From assembly GCF_009834535.1 (NCBI RefSeq), contig NC_045696.1:66528001-66592000 (forward strand): a stretch of 64,000 nucleotides of DNA. The letters run 5' to 3'. Under the pieces are notes generated by a model that had not been told where the DNA came from, did no database searches, and saw nothing but the letters and a program-made list of their open reading frames with translations. Positions 25,531 through 38,170 of the stretch are shown piece after piece. The DNA comes from Camelus ferus (lineage: Eukaryota). The first letter of the stretch is position 1, and every line of letters starts with the position of its first letter. The translations under genes and the position numbers were made by a program.

Positions 25531-28500
25531 ACCCTGTTTCTTTCTGAAGGCAATGAGGAACCCTGAAAGGCTTCTTAGGAGAAGAATACATGAGTGTATT
25601 TACTCACTAGGCACAAACTTGCTTAATGAGCATGAAGGAGGGAAGGCTAAGAGGTACTGGTGGCCTTAAGAAGGGCATTGGTAGAAGAATGGAGAATAAG
25701 AAATGGTCTGTAGGACACGGTGGACTTAAAATCTGCAAGGCTTACTATTGTTTAGACATGGTAGGAGGGGTTAGTGAACCCAAACTGGGTGGCCTATTTC
25801 TATCTCTGAATTTTGTGGGTAAGCCCACATTCCATCATCCTGCTGCTGTTTTTTGTAATTCCGAACCTTTCCTTGAGCCGTTGTCCTTACTTGTACCTTG
25901 TCACCAGAGTTTTCATTAAACACGTTGAACCTCCTAGCAGTAAATGAAGCCTACTCGTAAGCTCCTGATAGCAGCCTTTCAATGGAATGTGTGATCTTAT
26001 GGGCCCTCAGTTCTCCTGCAGTTGAGATTCGTCCACGGTGAATTCCCAAGCACAGCATCCATTGTGAATGCTGACCTGAGGCCCAGGGAAAATGAACTGG
26101 AGGAGGGATTCTCAGGCAGTTGTGGCGGAAGGAAGAAGAAAGGGAAAGCAGGGAAAGAAGATGTCTTAGTTTTGTTTTGACTCAGCTCAGTCTCACTTTA
26201 TAAATGCTCTATGACCTGAAACAACAGCCTTGGCTGTGCTAAGAGCCCCGCAGTCTGGAATGAAGCAGTCTCTTGGTGTTCCATAAGGGTAATCAAGAGA
26301 AAGCCAGCCGTGCAGTCATTTCTGCCACCCCCGCCACCGCTTCCTACATGTCTAGCATGTTAATAGGTGGATTTTTGGCTTACAATCCCCTCTTATTTCT
26401 CTGAAGATTTATCATCAGATTCACCCATTTATGAGATAGTGGAACAAAATAGCACCATATTATACTTCGACGTAAAATCTTTGCTTCACCCCTTAGGGAT
26501 ATATTGCATCTCAGGAAAAGTAGAGATCATAGTCAAAATTAGGCTCGTGTGACTAAGATACAGTATATTATTCAGTTACTTAAAAACAGAGAAATGATGA
26601 CTTGACCAAAAGCACGAATGACTACTTAAAAAAAAAAAAGAAGAAAGTTGGAATTAGAGCAACTAAGAGGGAAATACTTCCATGAATCACTGACTGTAAA
26701 ATATCCAGGATTTTTTTTATTTGCATTAATGGACCCTCTAATTCCCACAAAATTAATATGTGAGCTTGAATAGGTTTTGTGTTCACTTGCACCTTTCAGA
26801 AACTTGGCAGTTTTGGCTGTTGAATGAGTTACAAGTTATCCATGAACTTCTTTACAAATCTTAAACCTAATTTAAAGATAGATACCCAGATTAGGAGTTA
26901 GCCATATGCTTTTCTTAGTAGTGGCAGATATTTTGTTTTTCTGATGGCTACCTCATTTCCTTAACCTCCAAGCATTTTAGAAACTTCTATAGCAGTGAGT
27001 TTCAGTAAACTGGGGGCCTCCCTACAAAGACTGTTTAAAGGTAAACATTCCCAGCTATTTGTTGCAAAACCTAGGTATTTCTCAGGCATTGTATTACATT
27101 TAAATAAAATGTTCTCATCAAAATGTTCGAAATGATTAAGTTAAGTGACATATAAAGCTTATTAAAATAAATTCTTGATTTTGGCCAAAACCTTAATATC
27201 TCCGAAGTCTAAAGTTACTCCTTTTTATTTCTTCATTAACTTGCCATACTTGGTAAAAAATTCTTATCTTTTATCTTACAAATGGAACCATAACTCGGGT
27301 GAAGTTTGGTTTCCTATTGTTAGGGTTTCCCAGTGTAACTTACTACAGCCATGATGGTAGTCCTCGGCCTCACAAAATCTCAGATTATGGGCAGAAACCC
27401 TCACTTCCACAGTGTGAAAAATTAGAAGTCAGTTAGGCTTACGAACATGTGTGTGCTCTGAAGAGAGCATGGTTAGGGTTCTTGCAGGATATAAAAGAAA
27501 ACTCAAGAATGGATTTGTCCTGGTCCCTTATTTGGCATTCAGGTTTTTTTCCTTCTCTTTTCTTTTTCTTAATTCCTGAAAAGCTGTCCAAGCCAGGAGG
27601 CTTGCATCAGTGGAAAGAGGCCAGAATTGTTGGAGGGTGTGGGTGGCAGACACAGTGGAAGTGAGTCATCCTGGAGGTGGAGTAGAGCAGGGAAATGAGG
27701 GTATGATGGTGACAGTTCATAGTTTTCTCCTTCCCTTGGTCTTTGTTTCCTTCAAGATGGACTGTAGCTGGAGACGCAGGATTGGGCAGGGCCTCCACAG
27801 CTGAAACCAGCGACCTTTCTAATTTTCCACCCTCCAGTGCTGGGTGACAGTTTTGTGCTTCTGATGCTGCCTGGTGCAGCTGTGCTGGGAGCCCCTTGCT
27901 CATGGAGACTGTCTTTCTGTAATACATTTGCCAAACACCTCCTGAACACCTACTGTGTGCATCAGCTTCACAAAGGTGGGGAGTACACAGGGCTGCCGCT
28001 CAAGGAACAGTGGGGAAGACAGAAGGGAAGACAGATCATTACGTTATTGTGGCACAGGTCGGGGGATGATAGAGGCATGGGTACAGAAGCACAGGGTATA
28101 CAAGCCACTGCAGCCTGTGCTGCCTATCTGGGCCTGCTTCCTCTCTGGCCCAGCCTTGTCCAAAGGATGTCCCGGATACCAGGAGGCAACCCAGGAAGGT
28201 GGTTATCGAAGCGGAGCTTCCACAGCTGGATGTGCCTTGTGGTAGCTAATAGTCCCCCTTCCCCAGTCCATTCAGCTAGCAGGATGGCAGGGGCGAAGGA
28301 AGCCCCCAATGTGTCACCACAAAGACTCCCCAGCCAGTTGATGTCTCCCTGAATGGAATCTGGCCTTTGTCTGGTGAGTTTCCATTTTCTATGCGCCTTC
28401 TTTTCTCAACATCCTTTCATTATCTGGGATGGAACACTGTGACCCTCTGCAACAGGGTTAAAATAACAGCAGTAGCTCAAATGAAGGTTGCCCTCTGCTG

Positions 28501-29939
28501 ACCTTTTCACATCATCCCTGTAACTTGCTGTCTGTATCAGCAAATCAGGGGGTTCCTCTCCCCGCAGCTTCCAGCGTGTTGTTGAACCTGTCAGGGCAAT
28601 TACATCTCTGTTGCTCTTTTAAGTTGATGTAAACATGTCATCCTTTCCGTTCCCAGTCGGTCATTACCCATCTTCCCCTCACTCCCACTCTGTCCCCAAG
28701 TTGTTTTTAGCGTTCTTAGCTCACTCCCCATTCCATCGCCGAACTTTGACCCATGTCTGAAACAATGAGAGTTTTTCTCTTACAGTTCCTGTTGATCTCA
28801 GCCGTTTTTGCCTTGGTTCAGTCATGCGTTTATTTCCTGGGGGGGTCATCAGGGCCCCTTCTCTTCACTGTGAATTTAAAAAATTGATTCATGTGAAATT
28901 TGATAAACTCCTCTTACCTGGGCACAGGAGAGTATAGCATTTCACCATCTTATTGGAAAGGGACTGGGTCTTCAATGAGCCAATTAACAGATATGGACTA
29001 AAATCTTCTATGTAGAAGTGTACGTCATGCTGAAGAAGACACATCCCATCGGTTTCATTCAGTCAGGAACTGCTGCAGGGATCTAGGGAGTTTCCACGCC
29101 CTCCTTTGTACTCCATTTTTTTTGGTGGGGGGAATTGAGGGGAGACTTCATCCCATTTTTGATCTGCCCCAGCTGCTTTTCTATCTCTACTATCCTCATT
29201 TTCAACAGCCAGATCCCAAGGGTTTTTTGTTTGTTTGTTTGTTTTGTTTTTTCCCCCCTTATTTCTGAGTATTACAGGTTGAAGGTCAACTGTGCATTAG
29301 TGCTGGGAGTGTCAGGGAAAGAGAAGGGAGAGGGGAGAGGAGCTTCTAATTTAGGTGACCCCTACCTCCATCTTCCTTATGCTCTGAAAGTAGATTTTTC
29401 CCTATCCTTTCATCTTTCTCTTCACTCCCATGTTTTTATGGGAAGATATTCTCGATAGCCAACATTGTTGTTTTTTACTGAAATGTAGATGAATTTAAAA
29501 TTCTGCCTAAAATGAAGACCTCGCCCCGTACCATCTGTCTTTGCCCTACTCTTTAGCATCTCTGTTTGACTTGTTTCCTGCAGGAGGATCCTGTCAGGTG
29601 AAGTGTGGCAGCTTCTTTCCTCCTCAGCACCCACATCATCAACCTAGATAGACACCTCCAGGAAACCCCCAAAGGACCAAGTGCTTGCTTCAGATGGAGC
29701 AGTGATGCAGGAGTCTGTTCCCAGGGGACAAGAGAAGGGATAGCCCTGATGGAGGGAGGCCTCAGGAGAGAGCTATGTGGGAGCAAAGACTTCATCCAGG
29801 GCCTGACTGAAAATAGCTTTCAGATATTTCCCTGGGGACTTAGCCTCCTCTAACTCTTACTCCTAGTCCTGAAAACCAGTGCTTCTCAAACTTTCATATG
29901 CATACAAATCACTTGGTCAATTTTATTAAAATGCGGTAT

Positions 29940-30854
29940 TGTCAGAGCAGGCAGATAGCTAGATATGAGCAGAGAAAGGGGGAATGATGGCCAAATGGCA
30001 GGAATTGGGCAAAAAGGAGGGGCATGGGCCAAAAGCAGGAAACCATACATCATGCAAACAACAGGGGTCCTTGGGCAGACAAAGAAAAGCAGGAACCTCT
30101 GGACTGATAAGAAATCACACATTTTGGAGTAACAAGTGTCTTGGAGGCCAACAAAGAAAGGTGAGAAGAGGCAGGAATCTCTAGTGCATAAATGTAAACT
30201 TTTGCTCATTGTGCTCTCATTTCAATAAAATTAGCCTTGCAGATTAGAAGTACCCATTTTGTACTGATGCCACTGATGCCATGACACTTCTGATCCAGAT
30301 TAAATAGGGGAAAAAAATCCCTCTTCCTTTTGGGAAGGTGGAACTGGGATGAAAATCAGGCATATGACCCCAAACCTTTCCCTCCCCAGTCAATACTCTG
30401 CCCATTCACTTTCACACTTCATGTAACCAACTTGCCAAAGAAACTCAGGGCAGCTGCTCACCTGAGCCTGCCCGCTCTCCCTTTGAGAGTGTACTATCTA
30501 TTCCTTAATAAATCCTCACTTTACTTTCTTGATCTCCGTGTCTCATCTCTGAATTCTTTCTACGATGAGACAAGAACCTAATCAGGGGGCAGGAGGTGGG
30601 AAGGGACAGACTGGGATTTCAAAATTTGTAGATACTGACAGGCATGTACAGAATAGATAAACAAGATTATACTGTATATATACAAGATCTTGTGGTAGCT
30701 CACAGTGAAAAAAAAGGTGACAATGAATATACGTATATTCATATGTAACTGAAAAACTGTGCTGTACACTGGAATTTGACACAACATTGTAAAATGACTA
30801 TAACTCAATAAAAAAATGTTAAAAAAAAAAAAAAGAACTTAGTCCCTGGCAGCA
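29940..30854 (+). mobile_element. ERV1-type solo LTR (about 650 bp without the nested L1)
   Basis: TG...CA termini; AATAAA at 30507-30512 followed by a U5-like 'gaattctttc..gagacaagaacc'; 4-bp flanks gtat/gttt. Confidence 0.85.
30584..30832 (+). mobile_element. Young L1 3' end, 5'-truncated, inserted in the LTR
   Basis: L1 3'UTR ending 'gactataactcaataaaaaaatgtt' plus polyA; TSD aagaacctaatc (30572-30583) / aagaacttagtc (30833-30844). Confidence 0.92.
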
Positions 30855-31562
30855 GTTTCCATTCAGTCTGGCGGGGGATGAAGCCTGAGTTTAGCATTTC
30901 GAACAAGTTCCCAAGTGATGTCTTTGCTTCTGGTCTGAGGAAGCACACCTTGAGTGTCAAGACTTTCAACCACCCATCCCTATATAAAAGGAAGCAGGAT
31001 AAGAAATTTAAAGTCAGACCTTCCAGATGTTTCAAAATTGATTTCTAGGTAGTTCTGAGTTCCACCTCTTTATGCTCTGCTCCGACTCCTCTCTCCCCTC
31101 TCCTCCCTTGGCTGAAGGTTGGCAGTCACTTCATCACGTCTCTCCGCTGTAAATGAACCCAAGTTACCCTGAATGAGGTCACATTTTCCAAAGACATGTC
31201 TCTAGCCTGTGGCAAGGGGGGTGGTTCTGTCTGAGCTCTTGAGGCCTGGGAAGTGTAGCCTGTGTGAGACGGAGCAGTGTGTGGGCAGATTGTGGCTCTG
31301 AGGACCTTCCCCAGGCAGAGGAAGTGTGGGGCCTGAGCAGCTGCATGTGCTTTTCTAATCCAGTCTCCTGGACTCAGGGAAACAGACTGCGCTGGCAGGT
31401 TTAAGGCATCCAGTGGCCTGCAGCTAGGAAAAAAGTCTCCATCGTTTCTGTTAGTGACTAGAAGCTTAATTACAGTTTAAATTTCTTAAAGAGGGATGAA
31501 TTAACCCAGATTATCACCCACACCTTCTTGAAATTTTTTCCTACAGATACGGCCTTTCAGAG

Positions 31563-32741
31563 TGTAATATTATGACTTATTAGATGACCAAATAAATGTT
31601 TTTCATGTATATTTGGTGTTTTTCCAGTTCCTGGCTCACAGCTCCAAAATCTCCTGGAATTTCCTGTGATAAAAGGTGTCTTTTGTTATGTGAATGAGGT
31701 GACTCTTAGAAAGCCTAAGGATAAACTAAGGATGCGAGCTGGTTGCCAGGAGAACCAACCAGGTGATTAGAGAGTTGAAACTTTCAGCCCCAGCTCCCAC
31801 CCCTCCTGCAGGGTGGGGAGAGGGGCTGGAGATTGAGCAATCGCCAGTGGCCAATGATTTGATCAATCATGCTTATGGACTGAAGTCTCCATAAAACCCT
31901 AAAAGGACAGGGTTCCAAGAATTTCCTGGTAGGTGAAACGTGGAGATGCAGAGAGAGCGTGACTGGAGAGGGCATGGAAGCTCTGCCCCTCCCCTCATAC
32001 CTTGCCCTCTGCCTCTCTTCCTGAGTCACATCCTTTTATAATAAATTAGTAATCTAGTGAGTAAAGGGGTTTCCTGAGTTCTGTGAGCTACTCTAGCAAG
32101 TTAGTCAGATTCAAGGAATACTGCCGAAAGATGGGTCCCCGTCCCTGGCAAGCCAGATAACTCAGTGACAGGGTCTTGGAGCTTCGAAGAAAAGAGGCAG
32201 CTTTATTGATTTGCCAGGCAAAGGGGACTCCCAGCAGGCTAGTGCCTTCAAAACTGTGAACCCACCTTAGAGATGGGGCAGGGTGATTCTATAGCCATAG
32301 CTTAAACAATAAACAAAGATAACAACCAGCAGAATCATTTTCTCATCGTAAGTTTTAGAATGGCGTCATGGTGTTTCAGGCGACCAGTTCTGTAGAGGCT
32401 AGTAATTGTCACTTCTTCAATTCTTTCATCTCGGTTCTTTTTGATAATTTAGCCTATTTTGTAGGGTTACAGCTCTGTGACCTTCTTCCAGGAGAACAAC
32501 TTAGAAGCCAAGCATGACTATAACTTTTGATGACTGGAATAAAGTAGAAACGGTAAGAACAATAGCTTTAGTTTGAACAATTGCCCTGGAGCTGTGCGTA
32601 GTGACCAGTCGGTCAGGTTTGTTGACTGTTGTAAGGTCAAGCATAAAGGCAGAAATCTGTTAGCTTAAGTGCAGCCATTTCACTATTCCTCCTTCAGGAG
32701 GGGTTGTGAGAACCTCTGATTTATAGCCAGATCCATAGGAC
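31563..32741 (+). mobile_element. MER21-type LTR split by a nested LTR (31563-32118 and 32697-32741)
   Basis: 'agttcctggctcacagctcc..accaaccaggtgattagagagttgaaactttcagcc..ggccaatgatttgatcaatcatgc..tttcctgagttctgtgagctactctagcaa', resuming 'ggaggggttgtgagaacctctgatttatagcc'. Confidence 0.88.
32119..32696 (-). mobile_element. ERV1-type solo LTR nested in MER21
   Basis: On the minus strand it starts TGaagg and ends ..ggcagTA; antisense polyA signal 'gctttattg'; 4-bp flanks ggaa/ggag. Confidence 0.8.
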
Positions 32742-32890
32742 ACCAATCTGGTGGGTCAGGGTCCCACCCTCTTGACCTCATTTAACCTTAATGACTTTCT
32801 TAGAGGCCCTATCTCCAAATACAGCCACACTGGGGTTACAGCTTCAACATATGAATTTTGGGGAGAACACATACATTTCATCCACAGCAC
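32742..32890 (-). mobile_element. MLT1-type MaLR LTR 5' fragment
   Basis: 'tgacctcatttaaccttaatgac..ccctatctccaaatacagccacactgggg..cttcaacatatgaattttgggg'. Confidence 0.85.
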
Positions 32891-33629
32891 AACTAAACAC
32901 ACACATTACAAATGACAAAGTATGATACATGCCAAGAAGGAAAAAAAGATATAGGCTCTTTTTAGAGCTGTATTCCATGAATTTTCTTTATGAAGATTAT
33001 TTTTATTGTCCACCAAAAATATCCATCAGTAAAGCCAGAAGGGTAAAATTCAGAATGATATTGTATTCCGTATTCCCTTTTTGGAAACCAGAGTCTATTT
33101 AAGTCATACTTGCCTCAGTGCCCACATGATAATCTTTGACTTCCTTCAAGAGATTGTAATAGTTTTGTGAAATATAACTATGACCATTGCCTGACTCTTG
33201 CAATGTAATTAGCAGATGCCTTATGTATCTAAGTACTGGGCCTTCGGATATTTAGTGAAACTAGAGAAAGAGAAAAATAACACTATATTTGGCAAGAGTT
33301 CCTATCCCAGAATTTTTCTTACATTTTGTTTAGCATCTAAGGTCCTTGTTAGATGAATTGGAAAAAAAAAAGTTGTTATCATGGTTGTTATTCAAGTAAA
33401 AAGGGTGTAATTAAAAGCACATTAATGTAACTTTCAATTTTTCAAACTTAGTTTTACAAAAATTAAATATAACATCACTCTTTGGCAGAAGAAGAATCAA
33501 CTTGAAAAATGTTCAGCTTTTATCCAAACTGAAACAAACTTGGATAAGTAAGGAGATGACTGAACACAAGACCATATATTATGTGCATCTTGTGATTATT
33601 CCTAACTCTAAAATGTCCTATTGAAGCTT

Positions 33630-34150
33630 GTTTATGGGCACAGAGGTCAGTGTTCTTACCATGTGATGCCCGTGTAGAATTGTGCTCAGTTTTGAGCTAA
33701 CCATTTAAAAAGGATATTGTAAAAGGAGAGCTATTCAAGATGGAGAACAAGATGATAAGGGGTGTGCAACTCTGTAAAGTGAAGAAGGGGGAATATTAAG
33801 GTTAATTTCCTTAGTTCCAACCTGTGACACTGGGTTGGGTGGGGAGATTAGGGCAGATTAGACCTGCTTGTGTCTTCATATGTCTGCTAGCCAAGCAGGT
33901 AGTATCCATGTGGGATACAAAAGTTGAATTCATAGGTGAAAATTTCAGGATCATAGAAATTGCACCGTGTGAGAAAGAGTATTGTCCATAGTAAAAGGGC
34001 ACCCTTGGGGAGGGGAGGGAGAGGTGTTGGCCTTTCTGTAGGAGTCCACGAAAGCTTGATAATTTAGTGAAGATGTCATATGTTATAATGGTGATCCTAG
34101 TGTCAAGCTGCAAGCACAGGAGTATCTCTTTAGTTCTGAGACTCTATGAT
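33630..34150 (+). mobile_element. CR1/L3 LINE relic
   Basis: 'tagaattgtgctcagttttgagc..catttaaaaaggatattg..aagatgataagggg..gtcttcatatgtctg' resembles the L3 3' region. Confidence 0.5.
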
Positions 34151-34512
34151 CTTCTCCACACCCTCTCCCACACCCTCCCCACACCCCAAAGACACAACAG
34201 AGCTGGATATCTCTTCTGATGAGAGCTGTCAGGTCAGTCTGAGTAGCAAGTGATGACTCTACTAGATCTTCAGAGACCAGGCCAGTCCACCTGCAGATTA
34301 TTCAAAATATAGGTTCTTCAGGCTATGATCTTCTTTTAACACCATAATTATATACACCAGATGCTGTCATTGCCTAAACTGTAAATTAGGCATTTAGAAA
34401 CCACAGTATTGGTGGGAGTGGCAGGGGCTCTGATTAGGCATTATTTCAGTGACCTCACTGTTCTGCTAGAGGGCCCGGAGTGTAAAGCTGAGTAGTGGTT
34501 AAGAGCATTAAC

Positions 34513-35550
34513 ATAATAGGGTCCAGATATAAATGCCTATATATATGGTCAGTTGATTTTTAACTAAGAGCCCATGGTGATTGAATGGGGAAACACTAAT
34601 TTTTTCAGCAAATGGTGATGGAAAAATTGGACAACCACGTGCAAAAAAAAAGAACGTCAGTCCTTATCTCACACCATATGCAAAAATTAACTCTAATGGA
34701 TTATAGACCTAAGTATAAGAATTACAAATATAAAACTTCTATAAGAAAATATAGGAGAGAAATCTTAGTAAAAACTTTGAATTTGGTGATTTTTTCTTAA
34801 ATAGGAAATGAAATGCACAAACTATACAAGAAAAACAAATTGGACCTCATCAGAATTTAAAAGGACTGCTCTTTAAAAGACAGTGTAATTAAAATGAGAA
34901 GACAGCCATGGCCTGGGGGAAATTATTTGCAAAATATGTATCTGACAAAGGACATGTATCTGAAGTATGTACAAAACCTTTATAATTCAATAATAAGGAT
35001 ACAATCCAATCAAAAAAAAAAGCACAGGAAAGATGATATATAGATAGCAAATAAGTATTTGAAAAGATGCTCAACATCCTTAGAGAAATTAAAGACTTGT
35101 ACCTGAATGTTTTTTAGCAGCTCTGTTTGTATTGTTAATGACTGGAATGAAATGTCCATCAACAACTATGCAGTAAAACAAACGGCGGTATGCCATACAA
35201 TGGACTACTACTTAGCAATGAAAAGAAATAAACCATTGATTTGGTTGCATCTCAAACTGTGTCTGCTGAGTAAAATAAGCCAGGTAAAAAACTATGTGCT
35301 GCATAACTCCTTTTTTATAAAATTATTTAAAAATGCAAACTAACTCATAGGATAGAAAGCAGATCAGTGGTGGCCTCAGAATGAAAAGAGGGAAAGAGAT
35401 GGATTACAAAGAGATTCAAGGAAACTTTTAGGGATGATGGACATATTCATTATTTTGATTATAATGTGCTTTCATAGGTGAATATATGTTATAATTCACA
35501 TTGTGTTCTTTAATAGGTTCAATTTATTGGTCACCAATTATTCCTCAGTA
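34513..35550 (+). mobile_element. Old L1M fragment (ORF2 C-terminus plus 3'UTR) inserted in a MIR
   Basis: 'atatggtcagttgatttt..cttatctcacaccatatgcaaaaattaactc..tatctgacaaaggac..agaaagcagatcagtggtggcc'; MIR pieces flank it (about 34488-34512 and 35655-35770). Confidence 0.9.
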
Positions 35551-36554
35551 GAGATTACGTATATGCATGAATATGCACACATGCACACACATATGTATAC
35601 ACACGTATGTATACTCACACACACTTACATACACCACATGTTCTTAATCAAATTAATAACCTCTCTGATTTCAGTTTGTATTTGTGCAAAACAATGTATA
35701 ATATTACTTCCTTCAAGAAGAACAATAATGCTAAGTACAAAGCAAGGTCTCAATAAATGTTAGCTAAAATGATTACCCTGTGGTAATGGTTCACTGGTTT
35801 TAAACTTTATTGATTTGCTTCTTCTGCCTGTCTGTTTTTCCTTTATTTTTGAGACTGTCTGTTACTAGGAGCACAAGTGTGTTCCCCCTAGAACTGAGGT
35901 TTTTTTGTTTGCTTGTTTTTTGTTTTGTTTTGTTTTGCAAGATCTGACTCTTGTGGAAGCATGAATAGAACAAATGGAGAAGCTTTGCAAGATGGCATTC
36001 CCGGGCCCGAAAGGGGAAAACCTTGTGCTTAGAAACTTTCCATTCTCCTCCGCAGCTGAAACGCCTCCCTTGGTTGAAATGCCTCCCTCAGCATTTCTGT
36101 TTTAAACGCCCTTTCTTGGGGGATCCTAACCCAGCTGCAAGAATTCACTGTGGGCTGAAACCTGGCAAAGTAAATCCCAGGGAGAAAAAGTGATTTGAAA
36201 GTAATATTTGTTCTTAAAATGACAAACATGTATTGCAGATATTTATCATTTTCTGTGTTGCAATTAAATCATTGGGGATTTTGCAGATCAGCAACAATAA
36301 GACACTTGACTTTGCCAAATGGCAATTTTCCTTTGTGTCTTAATTTTTTAAGAGAAAGTAGACTAAGCTATAGCTCGGCAGAATCAACTCTTCGTAAACT
36401 TGTTATTGCCTCTACTAAGTACCCAGGATTTTTATCTATTTGTTTTTATTTTTTTAACTGAGTAGTCTGGTGGTAGAGAAGATTAGGCAAATTATTTAAC
36501 CCTTTTCATCTTAAAAGTGTGTTGTTTGAGCAAAGAGTGAAATGACATGGCTTA

Positions 36555-36672
36555 TTTTTTAATATTTCTTACTTGTATTTTTATTTTTGTTAATGGAGGT
36601 ACTGGGGATTGAACCCAGGGCCTCAGGAATACTAAGGACATGCTCTACCACTGAGCTATACACCTCCACCCC
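36555..36672 (-). mobile_element. tRNA-Ala-derived SINE (Vic-1-like)
   Basis: 'tggaggtactggggattgaacccagggcctc..atgctctaccactgagctatac'; possible partial TSD tgacat at 36543 and 36673. Confidence 0.88.
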
Positions 36673-37499
36673 TGACATTTTTTTTTTAATGCTATAAAAT
36701 TCTGTATTACCTAATTTCCCATTCCCATTTTTTATTGAGAAAAAACAGAAACAAAAGCCTTGCTGTGTACTGGTTGCTTCTCGTCACGACTATGTTGATG
36801 TTTTTTCTTCATTTTCCTTATTCTCTTGTCATTCAAAGAGACTTGTCAGCTATTGACAGCCTACTTCCTTCAGATCCTAACCTGCACCTACATCAATTGC
36901 AATTAACATTGTCCTATTCTCACAACATTCCTAACATAGCAAATTATATGACTGTAAATTATTGATGCCATAGATGGTGAATTAATAAGAACTGCATGAT
37001 CTACAAGTAGGAGACTGGCTACTTGGGTTTGCAGGCCAGGAAATGGCTACAAATTAATATCTTAATTTCAGAAGACGTTTGACAGTGTCTTTTAATATAT
37101 TCTAATATTCATGACCAGCTAGAGAAATGTTTTCCGATTGGCATTATGTGGGTTTATAATAATTTGAAAGGATTTCTATGGTGTCAAATAGTAAGTTAGT
37201 ATTATATTGGAAGGCGGATCCTAGTAGTAAATGCCAGTAAACCCCATTCTCTTAAAATGATAAAGTGTGCATGAACCTGGGATAAGATAACTGAGAAAAG
37301 AGAACCATTTTATTGTACAGAAGAATTTCTGTGATGGAGGGCAAATGAAATCTAGCAGACTTGTGTTTTCCTAGCATTCCTCAAAAAAACTCATGCATAT
37401 ATACACATGTTGCCGTGAAATTTATGAGAAGGACTCAAAAGTTTGAGTAAATTAATGGGAATCAATAAGACATGTCTGCCAGACAAAAACTAATGAGAT

Positions 37500-37905
37500 C
37501 TAGGACTTCATCAATGGAAACATGTCTGAATTTATGTTCATTTCTGGCTGCCTTCTCTTGAAGAAGACACTCAGGATTAGAGCGGGTAATCTGACACAGC
37601 CATTGAAAAACTGGAGATTTTTTTTTCCTGCATAATAGAAGACCATGTGGGAATGTAATTGTTGCCTTCAAATATCTGAAAATCTATCACGGAAAGAAGG
37701 GATTACATTACTCCTGTTTTTGTTCTTCCAAAGTACAAAACCAGGAGCAGTGGTGGAAGTTATAGGGAAGTAGATTATGGTTCCATGTTAGAAAAGTTAT
37801 GTTTGACTTAGATCTTTTGTAGGGCAGAATGGACTTTTTTGGAAAGCAGTGATTTTCTTCACACAGGAAACATTCAACCAGAGACTGGACAAATATCTTG
37901 GGTTA
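37500..37905 (+). mobile_element. CR1/L3 LINE 3' fragment
   Basis: 'gccttcaaatatctgaaa..aaaccaggagcagtggtggaagttatagggaagtagatt..cattcaaccagagactggac'. Confidence 0.8.
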
Positions 37906-37914
37906 ATTTAGATT

Positions 37915-38170
37915 AGCATTTCTCACAGCATGCCCTGGAGAGCACTACCCTCACAAGATAGTCCACAAGACTCCGAGCCAACTAGCTTTGAGAGAGAGTA
38001 TATACGATTTGGCTTATTTGAAGATTCACAACGTGCATCTCTGAAAGTTCCACACTAAAGAAACCCATTTAACTTAGCGTAACCCTGCCTTTCTCAAAAG
38101 TATTTAAATCCTACAAAATCTTTCATGTTTTGTGGAACAGGTATGCTTCAGAACACATACTGAACAGTGC
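37915..38170. mobile_element. hAT-Charlie-type non-autonomous DNA transposon relic
   Basis: 'aaagaaacccatttaacttagcgtaaccctgcctttctcaaaagtattt'; family uncertain. Confidence 0.4.

Larger units (their letters stand above)
29877..30961. mobile_element. MER5-type hAT-Charlie DNA transposon split by a nested LTR (halves about 29877-29939 and 30855-30961)
   Basis: Left half 'cagtgcttctcaaactt..tgcatacaaatcac..ttaaaatgc'; right half 'attcagtctgg..gcctgag..gcatttcgaacaagttcccaagtgatg..cacaccttgagt'. Confidence 0.85.

Noticed and set aside
27837..28352. Longest ORF (171 aa)
   Set aside because: No recognisable domain, non-ATG start, overlaps an antisense L2-like relic, no convincing splice context
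30582..30782. Apparent paralogous peptides (also 41520-41822)
   Set aside because: Antisense translations of the same L1 3'UTR, not genes
34445..34478. CTCF-like ctgctagagggc with possible upstream motif
   Set aside because: Several mismatches at informative positions; cannot be distinguished from chance
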